Notes: generated from the letters alone by a model not told the origin. DNA of 64,000 nt from Lama guanicoe (GCA_013239625.1 MU053934.1:1915031-1979030), one strand, 5' to 3'. Counted from the first letter of the stretch, positions 1 through 13,508 are shown. Numbers and translations are program-made.

Positions 1-264
1 AAAGACTACAAAGTACTTTTTTTAATATAAAAGAGAATGATGAAAAAATGTAACCAGTAAGAATAAGCCAATATGCTAAAGCACTGAATTACTGTGCTAT
101 TCTTAAGAAAATGGTAGTGACATTATCTGGAGATAAAAATTCGTAAGCCTTTAATTTTAAAGTTATACAGCATCAAAATTCAGCTGTTTCCAATGTCTAA
201 GAATCATACCTACATGATACTAAGGATTGCTTTACATAAAAACCTTCCCTTTATTTAGTTCTTA

Positions 265-887
265 TATGATCCAGAAATCCTACTTATGGGTATATATCTG
301 GAGGGAACTCTAATGTGAAAAGATACATGTACCTCAAATGTTCACAGCAGCACTATATACAATAGCCAAGATATGGAACCAACCTAAATGTCCACCAACA
401 GATGACTAGATAAAGAAGTTGTAGTATATTTACACAATGGAATACTACTCTACCATAAAAAAGAATAAAATAATGCCATTTGCAGCAAAATGTATGGACC
501 TAGAGATTGTCATTCTAAGTGAAGCAAGCCAGGAGAAAGAAAAATACCATACGTGGAATCTTTAAAAAAAAAAAAGGCCACTATGAACTCATCTACAAAA
601 CGGAAACAGACAGACTTGGTAAACAATCTTATGGTTACCAGGGAAAAGGGGTGGGAGGGGATAAATTTGGGAGTTTGAGATTTACAAATGTTAGCCACTA
701 TATATAAAAATAGATTTTTAAAAAGTTTCTTTTGTATAGTACAGGGAACTATGTTCAATATCTTATAATAATCTTTAATGGAAAAAATATAAAAATAAAT
801 ATATGTATGTATACACATGACTGGGACATTGTGCTATACACCAGAGATCAACACACTGCAACTGACTGTACTTCAATTAAAAAAAAT
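265..887 (+). mobile_element. LINE-1 3' end (ORF2 tail, 3'UTR, poly-A), camelid/artiodactyl type
   Basis: Typical L1 motifs (atgatccag..., atgttcacagcagcactat, ggaatactactc, tatagtacagggaactat) ending cttcaattaaaaaaaaa. Confidence 0.9.
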
Positions 888-1151
888 TATGCTGGGAAGA
901 CCTTTAATTTTTACTCATAATTTTTCAGGGAAAAAATACCCTTGTCACTCATCGCTATATAAGTTCTTTTCATGACCTCAAGCTCAGGGTATTCTAGATG
1001 ATTTCTCCTTAGCTATTCTGGCTGTCCTAAGAAGGAAATACAATAATTCTCTCCTTTCTCTTTCAAATTACTCAGTGCTATCTATGTATCTATCTACCTA
1101 CCCACCCACCCACACGAAGCATACTGCTTCAGAAGCAGTCACAGGACTTAC

Positions 1152-1169
1152 TGGCTTGAAGACAGACAT
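1152..1169 (-). CDS. RBFOX2: Candidate RBFOX2 alternative first coding exon, MSVFKP
   Basis: gtcATG TCT GTC TTC AAG CCA|gtaagt, phase 0, at the end of about 480 nt of repeat-free, GC-richer leader (1170-1650). Confidence 0.55.
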
Positions 1170-2619
1170 GACAGAGAAAATTCAATTTCAGGTGGATTGG
1201 TGAATGAAAGAGAATAAGAGCACTGAAGGTCTCCAGAGATCTTCACTCCAACTCCAGGCACAGATACACTCTCAGAGACACAGATAGGGTCTACTAAATA
1301 ATCGGTAAAGGCTGAAAGACACTGTTTCCCAGTTATGATCAACACGGCCAAGGGGACTTCCGATGCTCCCACTTTGCTTCTCTCAGACACTGCTCTTTCC
1401 CTCCAGCCTCCATCCTCCAACTCAACCCTGCTGGGGATGTTGCTCCGGCACACAAGGCACAATATTCATTCTCCCAGAGGCAGTCTCGAGAAGGCTGGCT
1501 CAGTCAACTGGATAAACCTGTCAATTAGCAGTGACAGATGGGAGAAGAAAGGTAGAAACATTTTACAGGATTCACTGTGGCCCTGGCACTGTATGTTTCA
1601 AAGAAATGCAGACAGGCAGAGGCTGTAATACTTTCCTCTAAAAAGGGAAATGCAAACCTCTGTTAGGAGTTCAAGAAGAAATTCTTGGTAGTTATTTTGT
1701 TACTTTCAGGAATTAGCTTCTTTTGTTATCAAAAAACATTGTTTATATACTAAAGGAATGAAACTGGGAGTGATTTTGCATTTTAGCTCATACACTCTGC
1801 AATGTCTAAACACTTCCCCAGGTATACATTACTATAATTAAAAGATGTTATATGGTTTCAGATTCTATTAAATTTCCAAGCTGTATTCTAAAGTTATAAA
1901 TTCAGAAAAGAAGTATTATATAGCTCCAAGACAAAATATGAGACAACAGTCCACAGATGATTATTTCTAGGTGTAATTTACCTCTATGTTTATATGAAAA
2001 TGTTGTTTTTAATATCATAGGCTAAGTAGCTTAAGTATATCTCATCTGAGAAAGTGAATTAACTTTTTCTCGTAGTCCACAAAACTAGATACAATTTCTT
2101 TCTCCTAATTTAGCAGTCTATAAACCTTATCTTCCACAAGATTGAAAAATAAACAATAAAGAATACTACGCAAATAAAATTTCTACCTCACCTAACAAGA
2201 ATCTAATACAGATTTATCTATAACTCTTTTCTTCTCTAGAATATAAATTAAGGTTTCATGTGAACACGAGAGGAAAAATAAACTACAGTTACCTTTCAGT
2301 TCTCATCAGTGTATCCCATTATGATGGAAGTTCTCTGAAAGCAGGACCACTGTTTATTCTGCCTTGCACCCCTCAGTGTCCAGCGCAACACTGTGCTGTA
2401 GGTATTCCAGTGTTTGTGACTTGTGCACCTCCCTCACATCTTTGCTCAAAGGTCAACTACCCTGACTACTCCATTTAAAATTTCAACCCATTTCTCCCTA
2501 TTCCCTCATAATTCCACCCTATTCTCTTGTTTATTCCACTACTTAGACACTACCTAAAATATTATCAAATCCATCTGAGACCCAACATTTCATATTTTAC
2601 AAAAAGCAATGCTGGAATG

Positions 2620-2810
2620 TATGGTTAGAACATAATTTGAATCTCAGCTCTGCCACTTAATACAGCTGTAAAAACTTAAATATGTTACTACCTACTTTCT
2701 CTGTGCTCCAGTTTTTTAATCTGTAAAATAAGCAATGTTAATAATATTATATTGTTGTGAAGAATTGGTAAGATAAAATGTGAAGTGACTAAAACCCTAT
2801 ACCCTCAATA
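2620..2810 (+). mobile_element. MIR SINE
   Basis: Core ctcagctctgccactt...cagttttttaatctgtaaaat. Confidence 0.7.
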
Positions 2811-3361
2811 AAATTAGTTCTCAACCACTACAAGCACCAGGTAGATCATGGGACAAAACCTTCACAACTTAGCAAAATATTAAAACCCTACTGGATGCCA
2901 CTATAATGAATGTCATATGAAAAAAACCAAACCTTAATGACCATATATTTATGGGAACAGTATTTAAGAAAACAAAGTACATACATATACAACTAATTAT
3001 AGAGGTATGGAAATCAGCTAGCAAAGAAAAAAAATCCACTGAAGAAGTTTTCGAGAATGATCAACTAGCTGAAAAGGAAATGGGGAGAGATATTTGAAAT
3101 TCTATCTCAATTCTAAGACATGAACTAAATATCTACTATGCGTCCACATCCACAACTGTTGTAGGCACTGAAGACCTTATAACAAAAGCTAGAAATCTGC
3201 CTCTTAGGAGTTTACAATCAAATTAGGGAGGCTACTGTAAACACACACAAAATTTCAAAGAGCAATATGAATTAGTACAGCTGGTGACACAGAGGTTCAC
3301 AAGCTGCCTACTAAATACATTCTAAACTCCTCCAGACCCTCCCTCACCTGCATTGGCGGCT

Positions 3362-3590
3362 TATATTTAATGAATGTTTATTATGTGTCTGGCAATATTC
3401 TAAGCACTTTATACATATTAACTCATTTAATTCTCACAACCCTGAAAGGTAGGTATTTCCATTATTCTCCTTTGACAGGTAAGGAAACTGACATTTTAAA
3501 GGGTTAAGTATCTTTTCAAAAATCACTCAGCTAATCACCAGCATAAGCAGATTCAAATCCAAATCTAAGCCAATTCTAAAGCTGGTGTTG
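3362..3590 (-). mobile_element. MIR SINE
   Basis: aactcatttaattctcacaacc...gacaggtaaggaaactga. Confidence 0.75.
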
Positions 3591-3867
3591 CTAGTCACTA
3601 TTCCTTGCGGCATCTCCAGTGGGGTCCTCAACCACTTTTCCCAAGTCATACCAGACACAACTCCTAATTATAATTGTGTTGCAATGAATCTAGACTTTAA
3701 TATTCCCTAAATATGGTGCTTTCCCAAGTCACAGCCAGACTGCTATAGTAGGGATCAGTCTTTCCCTCATGCTGTATCCTCTATCATGAATGTTCATTAT
3801 ATCGAAAAACTTAGCAACTCAAGTAATCCCGTCTTCATGAAGTCTAGAAAAGAAGTATGGTGGAAAG

Positions 3868-4184
3868 CAGGAGTCAGCACACATTTTCTGTAAAGAAGCA
3901 GACAGTAACATTTTAGGTCTTCCAGGCCCTATGGTCTTTGATCAAACTAGTCTGCCTGTTACAACTCAGAAGCAGCCATAGATATATGTAAATGAATGAG
4001 TATGACTGTGTTCCAGGGAAACTTTATTCACAGACAATGAAATATTTTCTTCTTTTGATTTTTTCCTAACCATTTAAAAATAATAATAAAAAAAGTTTAA
4101 ATAAACCACTGAAAATTTCATGAGCCTTAGAAAAGCAGGCAGTGGTCCAGATTTGGTTTGCAGGCTATAGTTTGTTCACCCCAG
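3868..4184. mobile_element. MER58-like hAT-Charlie MITE inserted into a MIR (MIR continues about 4195-4405)
   Basis: Decayed TIRs caggagtcagcac / agtttgttcaccccag with internal MER58 motifs. Confidence 0.8.
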
Positions 4185-6613
4185 GTATAAAAGAAAGAGA
4201 TTAAGCTTTAGAACCTAATAAACCTGGATGGAATCCTGACTCTGTGACCTGATAGTTATGTGACTCTGGACAAGAAACTAAGCCTTAGTTTTGTCAGCTG
4301 TAAAATGGACATAACAGCATTTATTTTGAGGTTAAATGAAATAAAAAAATCAAAAGTATCTAGTACAGTGTCTAATATAGCAGACCTTCAGTAAGTGTTT
4401 GCATTCCTCCTTTCCAGTTGGAAATAATTCCTTCCTCTCCTGTATTTTCATAGCATTTGGCTTGCATTACTAGTGTTTGCAAGACATTTAAATTCAAAGC
4501 CTTATATTTAATATATCTAGATATATGTCTCATCTTTCCCATTAGATTAAAAGCTTCATTATAATGAGTGCAGTCTGTTTTGTATAATGTATAATTACAC
4601 ATGATGCCTAATAAATATTAAGTGTTAATTTTTTTTTAAATAAAGAAAGATTAAGATGGAAAGTCACATATATGCACATTACAGCAAACTGGCTGGAGTA
4701 GAGAGTATAATGAAACATAATACATAATGAAACAAATGTCATCTTGGGTTGATACCAAATTGGAGAAGAGTGTTGGGCTAGTGAGACAGAACTGGTAGAA
4801 CGCCATTAGTATAAAGAAAAGAACCAACATTCATGTGTCTGTGCTTTACATACATGATTTTGCAAACACAGGAGTTAAGAATGATGTCTTTCCTTTAAAT
4901 CACATGGAGTAACAGAGGCAATACATTATCTGTGCTCTCCTGGTATACAATGTAAAATATGCTAAATGTTTTAATTTTAAATTCAAATATACTATCATAG
5001 TAAATAGTTCCCACCAAACAGGAAAAATGTGTAACCCAAGGACCAAGACTCAACCCCTTTATCAGTCAGTCCCTTCTCCCACAGCAATCCCAGAATTTCA
5101 ACAATCACCTACTTATGAGTGATTTCCAAGTATTTTTTTTAGGTTGAATAATGCCCTTTCTCCTATGCTTGCATGGGAGGTAGAGTAAAAAGAAGAAAGA
5201 GCATGAACCCGAAAGGCAGATCTTGGTTCAAATCTCAGATATGGATGAATTACTTTAACTCTTTCTAGTCTGTTTCCTCAGCTGCAAAATGGGTTATTTA
5301 TTCAGACATTTGTGAGGATTACACAAGAACAAGTGAAACTCTAAGTAGGGCCAGGCTTCCCATCCGATTACCACTCTTTCATGGCGTCTAGGTCTTCCAG
5401 TGCACACTGCTCACCCATCTCGGATCCTCCCACTCTCAGGGTCCCACTGACATTACAAACCCTGTACTGTCTGAAAAATGCATTTGTTACCTTCTTTTCC
5501 TTAGTTCTGCTGACTTAACCATCTTTCCAGTCAACTGGACTTACTTGGAACCTCTCCCTTATCCTTTATATTTTGCCCTGTGTATTGAGTATCCCAATAT
5601 CCAAATCAGTTAGATATTGATGATTTTAACTATCATTTCTCGGTAAAGAAGAACTGTCAAAATAGGGGAATAACAGAACCACAGCTTATATACTGTTAAT
5701 AGTACGTAGAATGTACCAGAGGGGCAACAATCAAAAGGCAGAAACAGGAGGCTTTTGTAACATATTGGAGAATACAAGTGGGCCTAAACAAATGTAGTGG
5801 GCAAAGATAATGGAATCACGAGATGTTGTGTGGTGGAATTTTAAGAATTTGGCAACCAACCAGTTATAGTGAACAAAGTGAAACAGTATGATTTTTTAAA
5901 AGATTTATAGCTGCATACTCACTATTCAGGATCTATTAACCTACTCACCTTTATCAATATTTTAAAGAAGTTTTTTTTTCCTGTTATTTACAAGTCACAC
6001 TGCTTGGGGTAAATGAGTCTGTATGGTTATTGTTTCTTAAGCATATTCTCTGTTCTTACTGAATTATTCTGAGTATTATTTGAATCAATTATTTATTGAC
6101 ATTTAAGCATTTACAACATACTAGTTTTAACATGGCAGGGAGGGGAGGCAAAAGTGCAAAAATAAGATTTTGCTTTTGTAGGATCAAATTTAAAAGATGA
6201 GAAAGGCACGTAAACTAATAATTACATCAATGTCACTTGTGTTACAAATAAATCTAAGCATAGAGTACTATAAGAATAGCCCAAAATATAACTGTCTTCA
6301 TTTTGCTAGGATAACTAAAGTCTATGTAAACTCAGAGAGAGAAGGGTATGTTTGTTTCCTTGTATCTCCCCATTTATTTTTCAACTTCATTCTAATTTTT
6401 TCAGTTTGGTAATCCTGAGTCCTGTTTATATGCTTAATCTGCTATTGTGCTACAAATCACAGGCTACAAATCCTATCTTAAGAGAAAAGTTTGTCAATTC
6501 CCACATTACATATATGTTCAGGATGGATGACCAATAGAAACAGATCAATATTAACTTTATTCAAACCACCATGAAAAGAATCACTTCATTTTTTAGACAG
6601 AGCATCTTCTTAC

Positions 6614-6653
6614 CAGTTTATCATTGCCAATGTCACTTACCATTTTGCTAATG
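6614..6653 (-). CDS. RBFOX2: Candidate ATG-bearing mini-exon with two phase-0 donors (M, or MVSDIGNDKL)
   Basis: tctatttttacag|CATTAGCAAAATG|gtaagt gives 13 nt; extension to ...GAT AAA CTG|gtaaga gives 40 nt. Confidence 0.35.
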
Positions 6654-7924
6654 CTGTAAAAATAGACATTAATTCTCTAGGTTTGTAATAGGAAGAAAAT
6701 GTTTTTGCCTTTAAGTATTTTACAAATTATATCATTTTTATCGTCTGGGATTTGCTCAGATAGGATCAGATTTCAAACTCTACCTGCCTTTGTAAAAAAG
6801 TTTACAGAAAGCTCTCAGTTGAGAATACTTAAGCAAAGGCCTGTCATTCTCAGCTGTTGTACTAAAAGCTGTGACCTCGGCCCAGATGTCTGTGACCAAA
6901 GGGTAAAAAGAGCTATATAACTATTTTTGCAGAAAGATAAGGACAGAACATTGGACTTAAGATCATCTAGGATCAATTAAAATAATTTTTAATAACACTG
7001 TAGAAGAATGATAAACCAAGAAGAAAACCTGAAGAAATAAAATGGGTGAATAAACGTGTACAAGGACAAAACAATGCCAATTTGCTAGGCATAAAGTGAA
7101 ATTCATTCTAGAGTCTCAACTTACCTACATGTTTAAATTTAACCATGGCAAAAGGAAGGTAGATAAAGGTATTTTCTCTTTTACAGTGAATATAAATTAT
7201 ACCTAGAGCCATAAGATGACAGACAATCTGTTGTTAAATTAGAAATTGGGAGGGAAAACCTATACACGAAGTTTCTATGTAGCCTCCAATTTTTATGTTC
7301 AGGCTGAATTCCAACAGTTCAGTTTTCATTTGGTTGGTTGCAGCTGAGTAAATGGCTGGGAGCTCAAAGAAACTCACAAAAACAGATTTAATGACTGCAT
7401 GATAATGACCATAGTAATAAAAGGCCAATCATCAACTGAAATAATAATTTTAAGAGAAAGTATTATGTGATTCCAAGAAAGGAGTCCAGGGACACATCTA
7501 TTCCTGTTAGAGTCTCAACAGTAAGATGACTAACCCCATGCAGCAGGGACCCAACCTTTCACACCCACAAACTCATCTTTTACCTGGTTCCTTGAAAGCA
7601 GAGATTCCCATATTTCACTGTGCATAACAATCTGGGTACATATTTTCAAAGAATCAAGTTCCTTTCCCCACAGATTATGATTCAGTGCATTCAAGTAGGG
7701 GCCTGATACTCCGGATACAGGTGGTTTAAGTTCCACACTGAGAAACATTGCTTTAGAGGCTTTGGCTGGGCAGAACAGGAGAGAATTATGGTGGTAGCTG
7801 GTGCCTCCAGAAAATAACCTGAAGCATCTACACGTCTAGAAGAAGGGCAGAGATTAAGGAGGGAGTAGGTGATGAGAAGGTCATAGTGGCCATAAATGTA
7901 AATTACCGAAAAGTACAGAATTAC

Positions 7925-7936
7925 CTTATAAGGAAC
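7925..7936 (-). CDS. RBFOX2: Candidate 12-nt microexon (VPYK)
   Basis: ttttttaac...ttctcttttctgtag|GTT CCT TAT AAG|gtaatt: strong acceptor, branch-like TTAAC, good donor, frame-preserving. Confidence 0.5.
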
Positions 7937-8168
7937 CTACAGAAAAGAGAATAAACACCAGTTAAAAAAATGCAAAGCTACTGACATGCAAGCCTGACAA
8001 TGGGTCCTTCTTTCCGAGTGGGTATAACTGAGGGACCAGGACCCAAAGTCTGACTGTGCTACAGCCACATGAAGGGGAGATGGAGTGTAGGAAGGGACTA
8101 AGTGCAATTTCGAGCTCTTGCAAACAGATGATAAATAGAAATAAAACAGGAAATGCAATATACTTTAC

Positions 8169-8174
8169 CTTCAT
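8169..8174 (-). CDS. RBFOX2: Candidate first exon ending ATG AAG (MK)
   Basis: agcATG AAG|gtaaag, phase 0. TATA-like TTTAAATA at 8382-8389, about 210 nt upstream. Confidence 0.4.
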
Positions 8175-9140
8175 GCTCAGAATAAAAATAAATCACAAGA
8201 TTTGATATATACAAGTCTAAGGAAGGTACAAGCTTGACCAACAAGAATACTGTAAACCTGCCACCAAATCATTTGTCTTCAACACACACACATACACACA
8301 ACCCTCTTTGAAATTACTCAGACAGAATAGCCAGCCTGACCTTTCCCCTGAGGCTGAGTTCTGCCATCTCAAAGCAATGAATATTTAAACAGAAAAATAA
8401 ATATTTCAGAACAAAGTCATTCAAACCAGTAGTCTATTATTAGGTTAAAAATGACAAACCCTGTAATAGTCTTAGTGTCTCCAAACTCTTAATAGCTCTT
8501 TCTTCCAGATCTCCTTAAAGCAGTATTTAGAACCTCAAACATCCATGAATCATGTCTTCCACCGGCAACAAGCAACCACAAGAGATACTCTGGGTCAACT
8601 ACCTGCTTTCTTGGAAACGGAAGGTCCTTACACACAATTAATGGTTGGTTGTCTATTCTATTCAGTGTAATTGGTGATTTATACAATGCATGGATGATTA
8701 TTCTTTTTCTTAACCAAAGTTTTCACTACAATTTAAATTAATTTACTCTTTATTTTGCCTTCATGGACAATTAAGTTTGCATCTTCTCTAATTTAAACTG
8801 CAATATCCTTGACAATAGCCATAACTCAGGTTCAGAATAAAACATTAGCAATATTTTGTAATGTCTTCTGGATAATAAAATATTTAATCACTTTAAAGAT
8901 TTTTGCATTTGGCTATTGCAAATGGCTACAGTCCACTTCTTTAAAATGAGTAATTCATGTTATACCTATAATATACTATTATATTTCCTCTATTCATTTC
9001 ACAAGTAAAGCCCTTAAGTAGCTCAGGGACTGAATCATATACTTCTTTATCATAGCTTCCTCACCAAATGATAAGCATAAGGTAATTGATCTTTAGAAAA
9101 TGCATGCTAAATTGAATTAACCAGGTAGTTGAATATCTGC

Positions 9141-9251
9141 TTTTTTTAAACGTTTTTTTATTGATTTATAATCATTTTACAATATTGTGTCAAATTCCAG
9201 TGTAGAGCACAATTTTTCAGTTATACATGAACATACATATATTCATTGTCA
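9141..9251 (-). mobile_element. Short, 5'-truncated camelid-type L1 3' end
   Basis: T-run followed by attgatttataatcattttacaatattgtgtcaaattccagtgtagagcac. Confidence 0.75.
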
Positions 9252-9744
9252 TAAAAGATAGAGACCTTTCAGTAGCTTTAGGAACTCTGCAGAAAGCATA
9301 CTACAATATAATCATTGATAAATATTTACCACAGAAAATGAGTTATAGTTGTATTACATGTTTTTACATATAATATTAAATATTATATTAGTTATATATA
9401 CAATATATATTATAATATATATGTGTGTGTGTGTGTGTGTGTGTATAGAAAGGCTACGTGTGCGAGTCCATGTTCTGTACTATGGGAAATGAAAAGAAAA
9501 ATGAGACTTTGTTCTCATCGACTCTCACCCAGGCTAACCCAAGAAATTTTCTTTTAATAGTTCTCCCTTCTTCGAAGTTAAACTCAACCTGATGAATTAA
9601 CAAGCAGCTGTCAGAATGATCTTTCAAAATTAAACCTAAATCAGATATTGCTAATTAATTCTCTTCTTAAAATCCTAGATTCTTCAGTGCCCACAGTCTC
9701 AAGCCCTTTGTATGGAAGACACGCCCCTCGCACAGTTCATCTAT

Positions 9745-10440
9745 TCAGCTTCAATTCTTGCCATCAAATATTTGTTGAGTACTTATCATGCATTATTAGA
9801 CACTTCGTACTAGATATTGGGGAAATAACAGTGATTAAAATGACAAAGTTCCTGCCTTTACAGAGTTTACATTCTAGTAGGGCGAGATGGATAATGGATA
9901 ACACACAGGCAAGCAACACAAGAAACAGGTGGTGTGGTATGGAACAAAACTCAGCAACAAAGGTGTAGGGGAGTATCGGTGTTGGAGGGATAGAGGACCA
10001 CTTTTTGATACACAGGGTGGTCAAGGAGGTAACACTTGAGCAGACACCTGAAGAAATTCAGGGAGCGGGCCATGTGTCTGCCTGGGGGGAAAAGCACTCC
10101 AGACGAAGGGAATACAAATGCAAAGGCTCAGAGGTGAAAACATGCTCAGTTTATTCTAGGAACTAGGATCAAGAAGGTCCATGTGACTGAACTGGAATAA
10201 GCAAGGAACAGAGTGGCAGGAGATGACATGAGAAAAGTGGCATGGGGGAAAGAGCCATGTCAGGCGGAAATTTTCTAACACTTAAGGCCTCTGAAGGGAT
10301 CTTAGCTTTTACTCTCTAATGAGTGTTCTGAGCAGAGAAGAGGCAGAGATTTCGGTTCTAAACAGATGACTCCATAAAGGTAGAAGCAGGCAGACCAGTC
10401 AGGAGGCTATCAAAGTAATCAAACTGGGAGATAACAGAGG
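9745..10440 (-). mobile_element. L2 LINE 3' fragment
   Basis: aaatatttgttgagtacttat...gagtttacattctagtagg...tgcaaaggctcagagg. Confidence 0.85.
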
Positions 10441-10799
10441 CTCGGCCGGGGGTGGGGTAGGGGGGTTGGGGGAGACTCTTATGTGTACCAGTCCTGGAAT
10501 ACACCTTGTGCTGTTTTACCCTCCCATTTCTCTGTACCTGTTATTCTTTCTGCTTAGATAGCTGTTCTCTTTTCTACCAAATGGCTAACTTATATACACT
10601 CTTTAATATATAATTTGATTTACTGCTCTCTGAGGTTTCTCTGATTCACCCAAAAAGGAAAAAAATCATCTCCCTCCTCTTACTACCCCCCTACCCTGAC
10701 AACCTCATACTGAACTATTATAGTACTTCTATCCTATTACAATTATTTGTTTACATATCTTTTGACCGTATACAACACTCCCTTCGGATGGACTGGACA

Positions 10800-11000
10800 G
10801 AGGAGTAGCTCTATACAACCTTCCAGAGGACTTCTGAAACCCAGTCCTCAGCAAGTTCTTTCACAAACCTCGGCCAGCCTTTCTTCCTCGTTCTCACTCC
10901 CCTTTCCTCATCATGCTTTCCTGAGATTGTACTCCCTAATAAAGTATTGGCAGGTATGGTTCTGTCTCGGGCTCAGTTTTCTAGGGAACGTGGGCTATAA
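10800..11000 (+). mobile_element. Ancient ERVL-type LTR fragment (LTR33/LTR16-like)
   Basis: aataaa followed by tgtctcgggctcagttttctagggaac, the typical 3' end. Confidence 0.5.
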
Positions 11001-13508
11001 GGAAATCACCCAAGTCTTATCTTTTGTATTTTCCATCTTCATGTCTTAAAGCTCTGCATTTCGGGGCAGTATCTTTAACTCTACTTTCTATCCTTCTATG
11101 GCATGTATTCTTTTGACTATCATGCTCCTAATCTCCAGCGCTCTTTCACATTCTCAAATTGTTCCCTTCTCATCACACCCAGTACTGGTTTTGTGATTGT
11201 ATTATCTTCTTGGATCTGACTATATTAGTTAGAATGCTTCTTTAAATTCTCCTCTGTTCCCCAGATTATCTGTTTCCCCTAGGGTCAGGTTTTCCTTTTG
11301 TTTCTTTTCTCTTTCATGCTGAAAGTTCCTCTCCTATGACTAACGATCTTCATGCACTGGTGACCCAGGTGTAAGGACTTGGCTAGCTGCTAGGGGTTTC
11401 CTCTGCTGTCATGTAAGGAAATCTGTTTTCTTATTAGGTCTCTCCCTGGAATTAAAATTCTAACTGGGAACTCAGTATGAGACAAGGAAGAGCACGGGCA
11501 ACTGGCAGGCTTCATTTTAGTGTTCAATGCTAGGAAAGTGTGGAATGCCTGCCTCCTGTCCCTGAAACATCAGGAAAGGCTGCCAATATCTAATACAAAA
11601 ATAATTAAATTTCCCCAAATATTGAGATCAACTTATTTGGAGTCAAAGAGTCTAGTGTTTTTGTTTTTCCTTTTTTTTTAATGCTGGAGGAAGAGGGCAG
11701 GCAGCACAGTAAATGCTGGCTACTTCCACTGGGAAGGGGTTGAGTTGGAAAGGCTACAGCAATGCCAAGTAGTTGAGTTATCCCTGTATAATGCACCCAG
11801 AATCCCTGTTTTCCATCCCTTCTTCAATCCTGCTCTAAGTCCGGAGCCCCTCTGGGGTTCCTGCTGGGCAGACCAGCTTCCATACTACTCACAGCCTCCT
11901 GGTACTAATTTTCAGGCTTTAGCTTCTCCTCCATTCATCCATCAGCTGGTTCCCATTTACTTTATCTTTTCTAGAAATTTGTTTAACTCTCTTGTTTATT
12001 GATAACCTTACTCTTCACCCTTTTCTATTTGCTGTTCCTGGTTTATTTCTTTTTTGCACTTCTATGCTGTTATTTCAGTGGAGTCTTACAAGAGCTGGGA
12101 AGCGAGTAAAAGTATCTATCATCCTGACTTAGAAATGACTTATTTTCTGAAAAAGATTTCAATCATAAGGAAGCTCTAGAATTCCTGGTTCCTTTTTAAT
12201 TTTGAGAAAGAACATGGGTTAATGAACTACTACATTTCTTTAAAATAACCCATTAACAACACTAAGATTTACTAAAAACAAACTAGAGAAGCTTAAAGGA
12301 AAATGAAAAGTGTTACTACAATTCTTGAAACAGCTCTTGTACTTAGGATTTAGTAAATTAGATACATTTAGATTACAGGAAGTAAAGAAACCCGAAGAAG
12401 TAGCAGAACTAAATGTGCACTTCGAGTCATAGTCCAAGTGCCATCGACAAGTACATCCAGCACTATGTGCTAAACGTTATTCTAACTCCTGACAAAACAA
12501 AAGACTTTTCGAGGGTCTAACCACTTGCAGAAGATAAAATAAAATAAAACAAAACAGAAGTCAAGTATTTACCAATCAGAATGCCTAACTCTTCATCTCC
12601 CTCTTTCTTCCCAAGTGGAATAGTGGCCAAGGTCAGAATGCTGTCTAAGGGAGGGAAGACAGTTCCCGTTACCCTATTGACCTCTAACATGGATCAGTAA
12701 GACGGGCCACATTTTCCAACCCCTCAGGAACGGCAATGAAATATAAACTAGCCACTGCAATATTTAATCTTTTATCACAATGAGACAAATAAACCTAGAA
12801 AAGAGTCCTATGCTTGGAGAATTCATGAAAAAAGGTATCATTAATAAGCAGTTATTACTAACCAGGAAAACCTATCTCAGACTAAGGGAGGATACTCAAC
12901 TTAAGAAAGATGGCATGCAGAAAACCAAGAATGGAGATCTAAAATCAGAGTTCCTCTATACTTCAACGGTTGCTTGGTAACGTTCCCAGATTTCACTCCA
13001 GATTTCTTATCTTTTCAAATGAAGTCAAATGCTCAAAAACCAAACAAAAACAGAAAATCTTCAAGCATACTTAAAAAAAAAAGAGCATTTTTATTTCCTC
13101 TTCTTGCTTATTATCTTTCTCACTTAGAACTTCCTTATCATTAGCACATCAACTAGACTATCCAGCTTCACTCAAGAATAATTTCCAGCAAAGAATGCGC
13201 AAGATATATGAGTTTAACTTTTTACTCATTTTAATATTTCCCCCTTTAGGAATGAGGAGCATATGGATTTGATATTTTAGCCTCTGCAGACTAAACATCT
13301 TTTGTTAAAGGTCTGAACTTCCTAGAAGGATGTACTGACAGTAGAAAGAATACCAGATGGAGAACTGGCTCCAATTCTGCCATTATGCTGCCAGATGACC
13401 TTGGACAACTCACTTACTCTGGTTCTGCATCCTGATTTGTAAAATAAAGTTTACTCTAGCTCTAAGAATCTGATTCTCGATAAAGAGGCCTTATCCAAGG
13501 GACAGAAT

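Noticed and set aside
1148..1462. 104-aa minus-strand ORF
   Set aside because: Non-ATG start and no homology; the plausible signal is the MSVFKP plus donor in another frame.
7125..7146. gccATGG...TAG|gtaagt with strong Kozak and donor
   Set aside because: 22 nt (phase 1), out of frame with the shared exon. Kept as a reminder that such patterns arise by chance.
10448..10472. G-quadruplex-like G runs (also about 28463-28497)
   Set aside because: Isolated, next to repeats, with no functional context.
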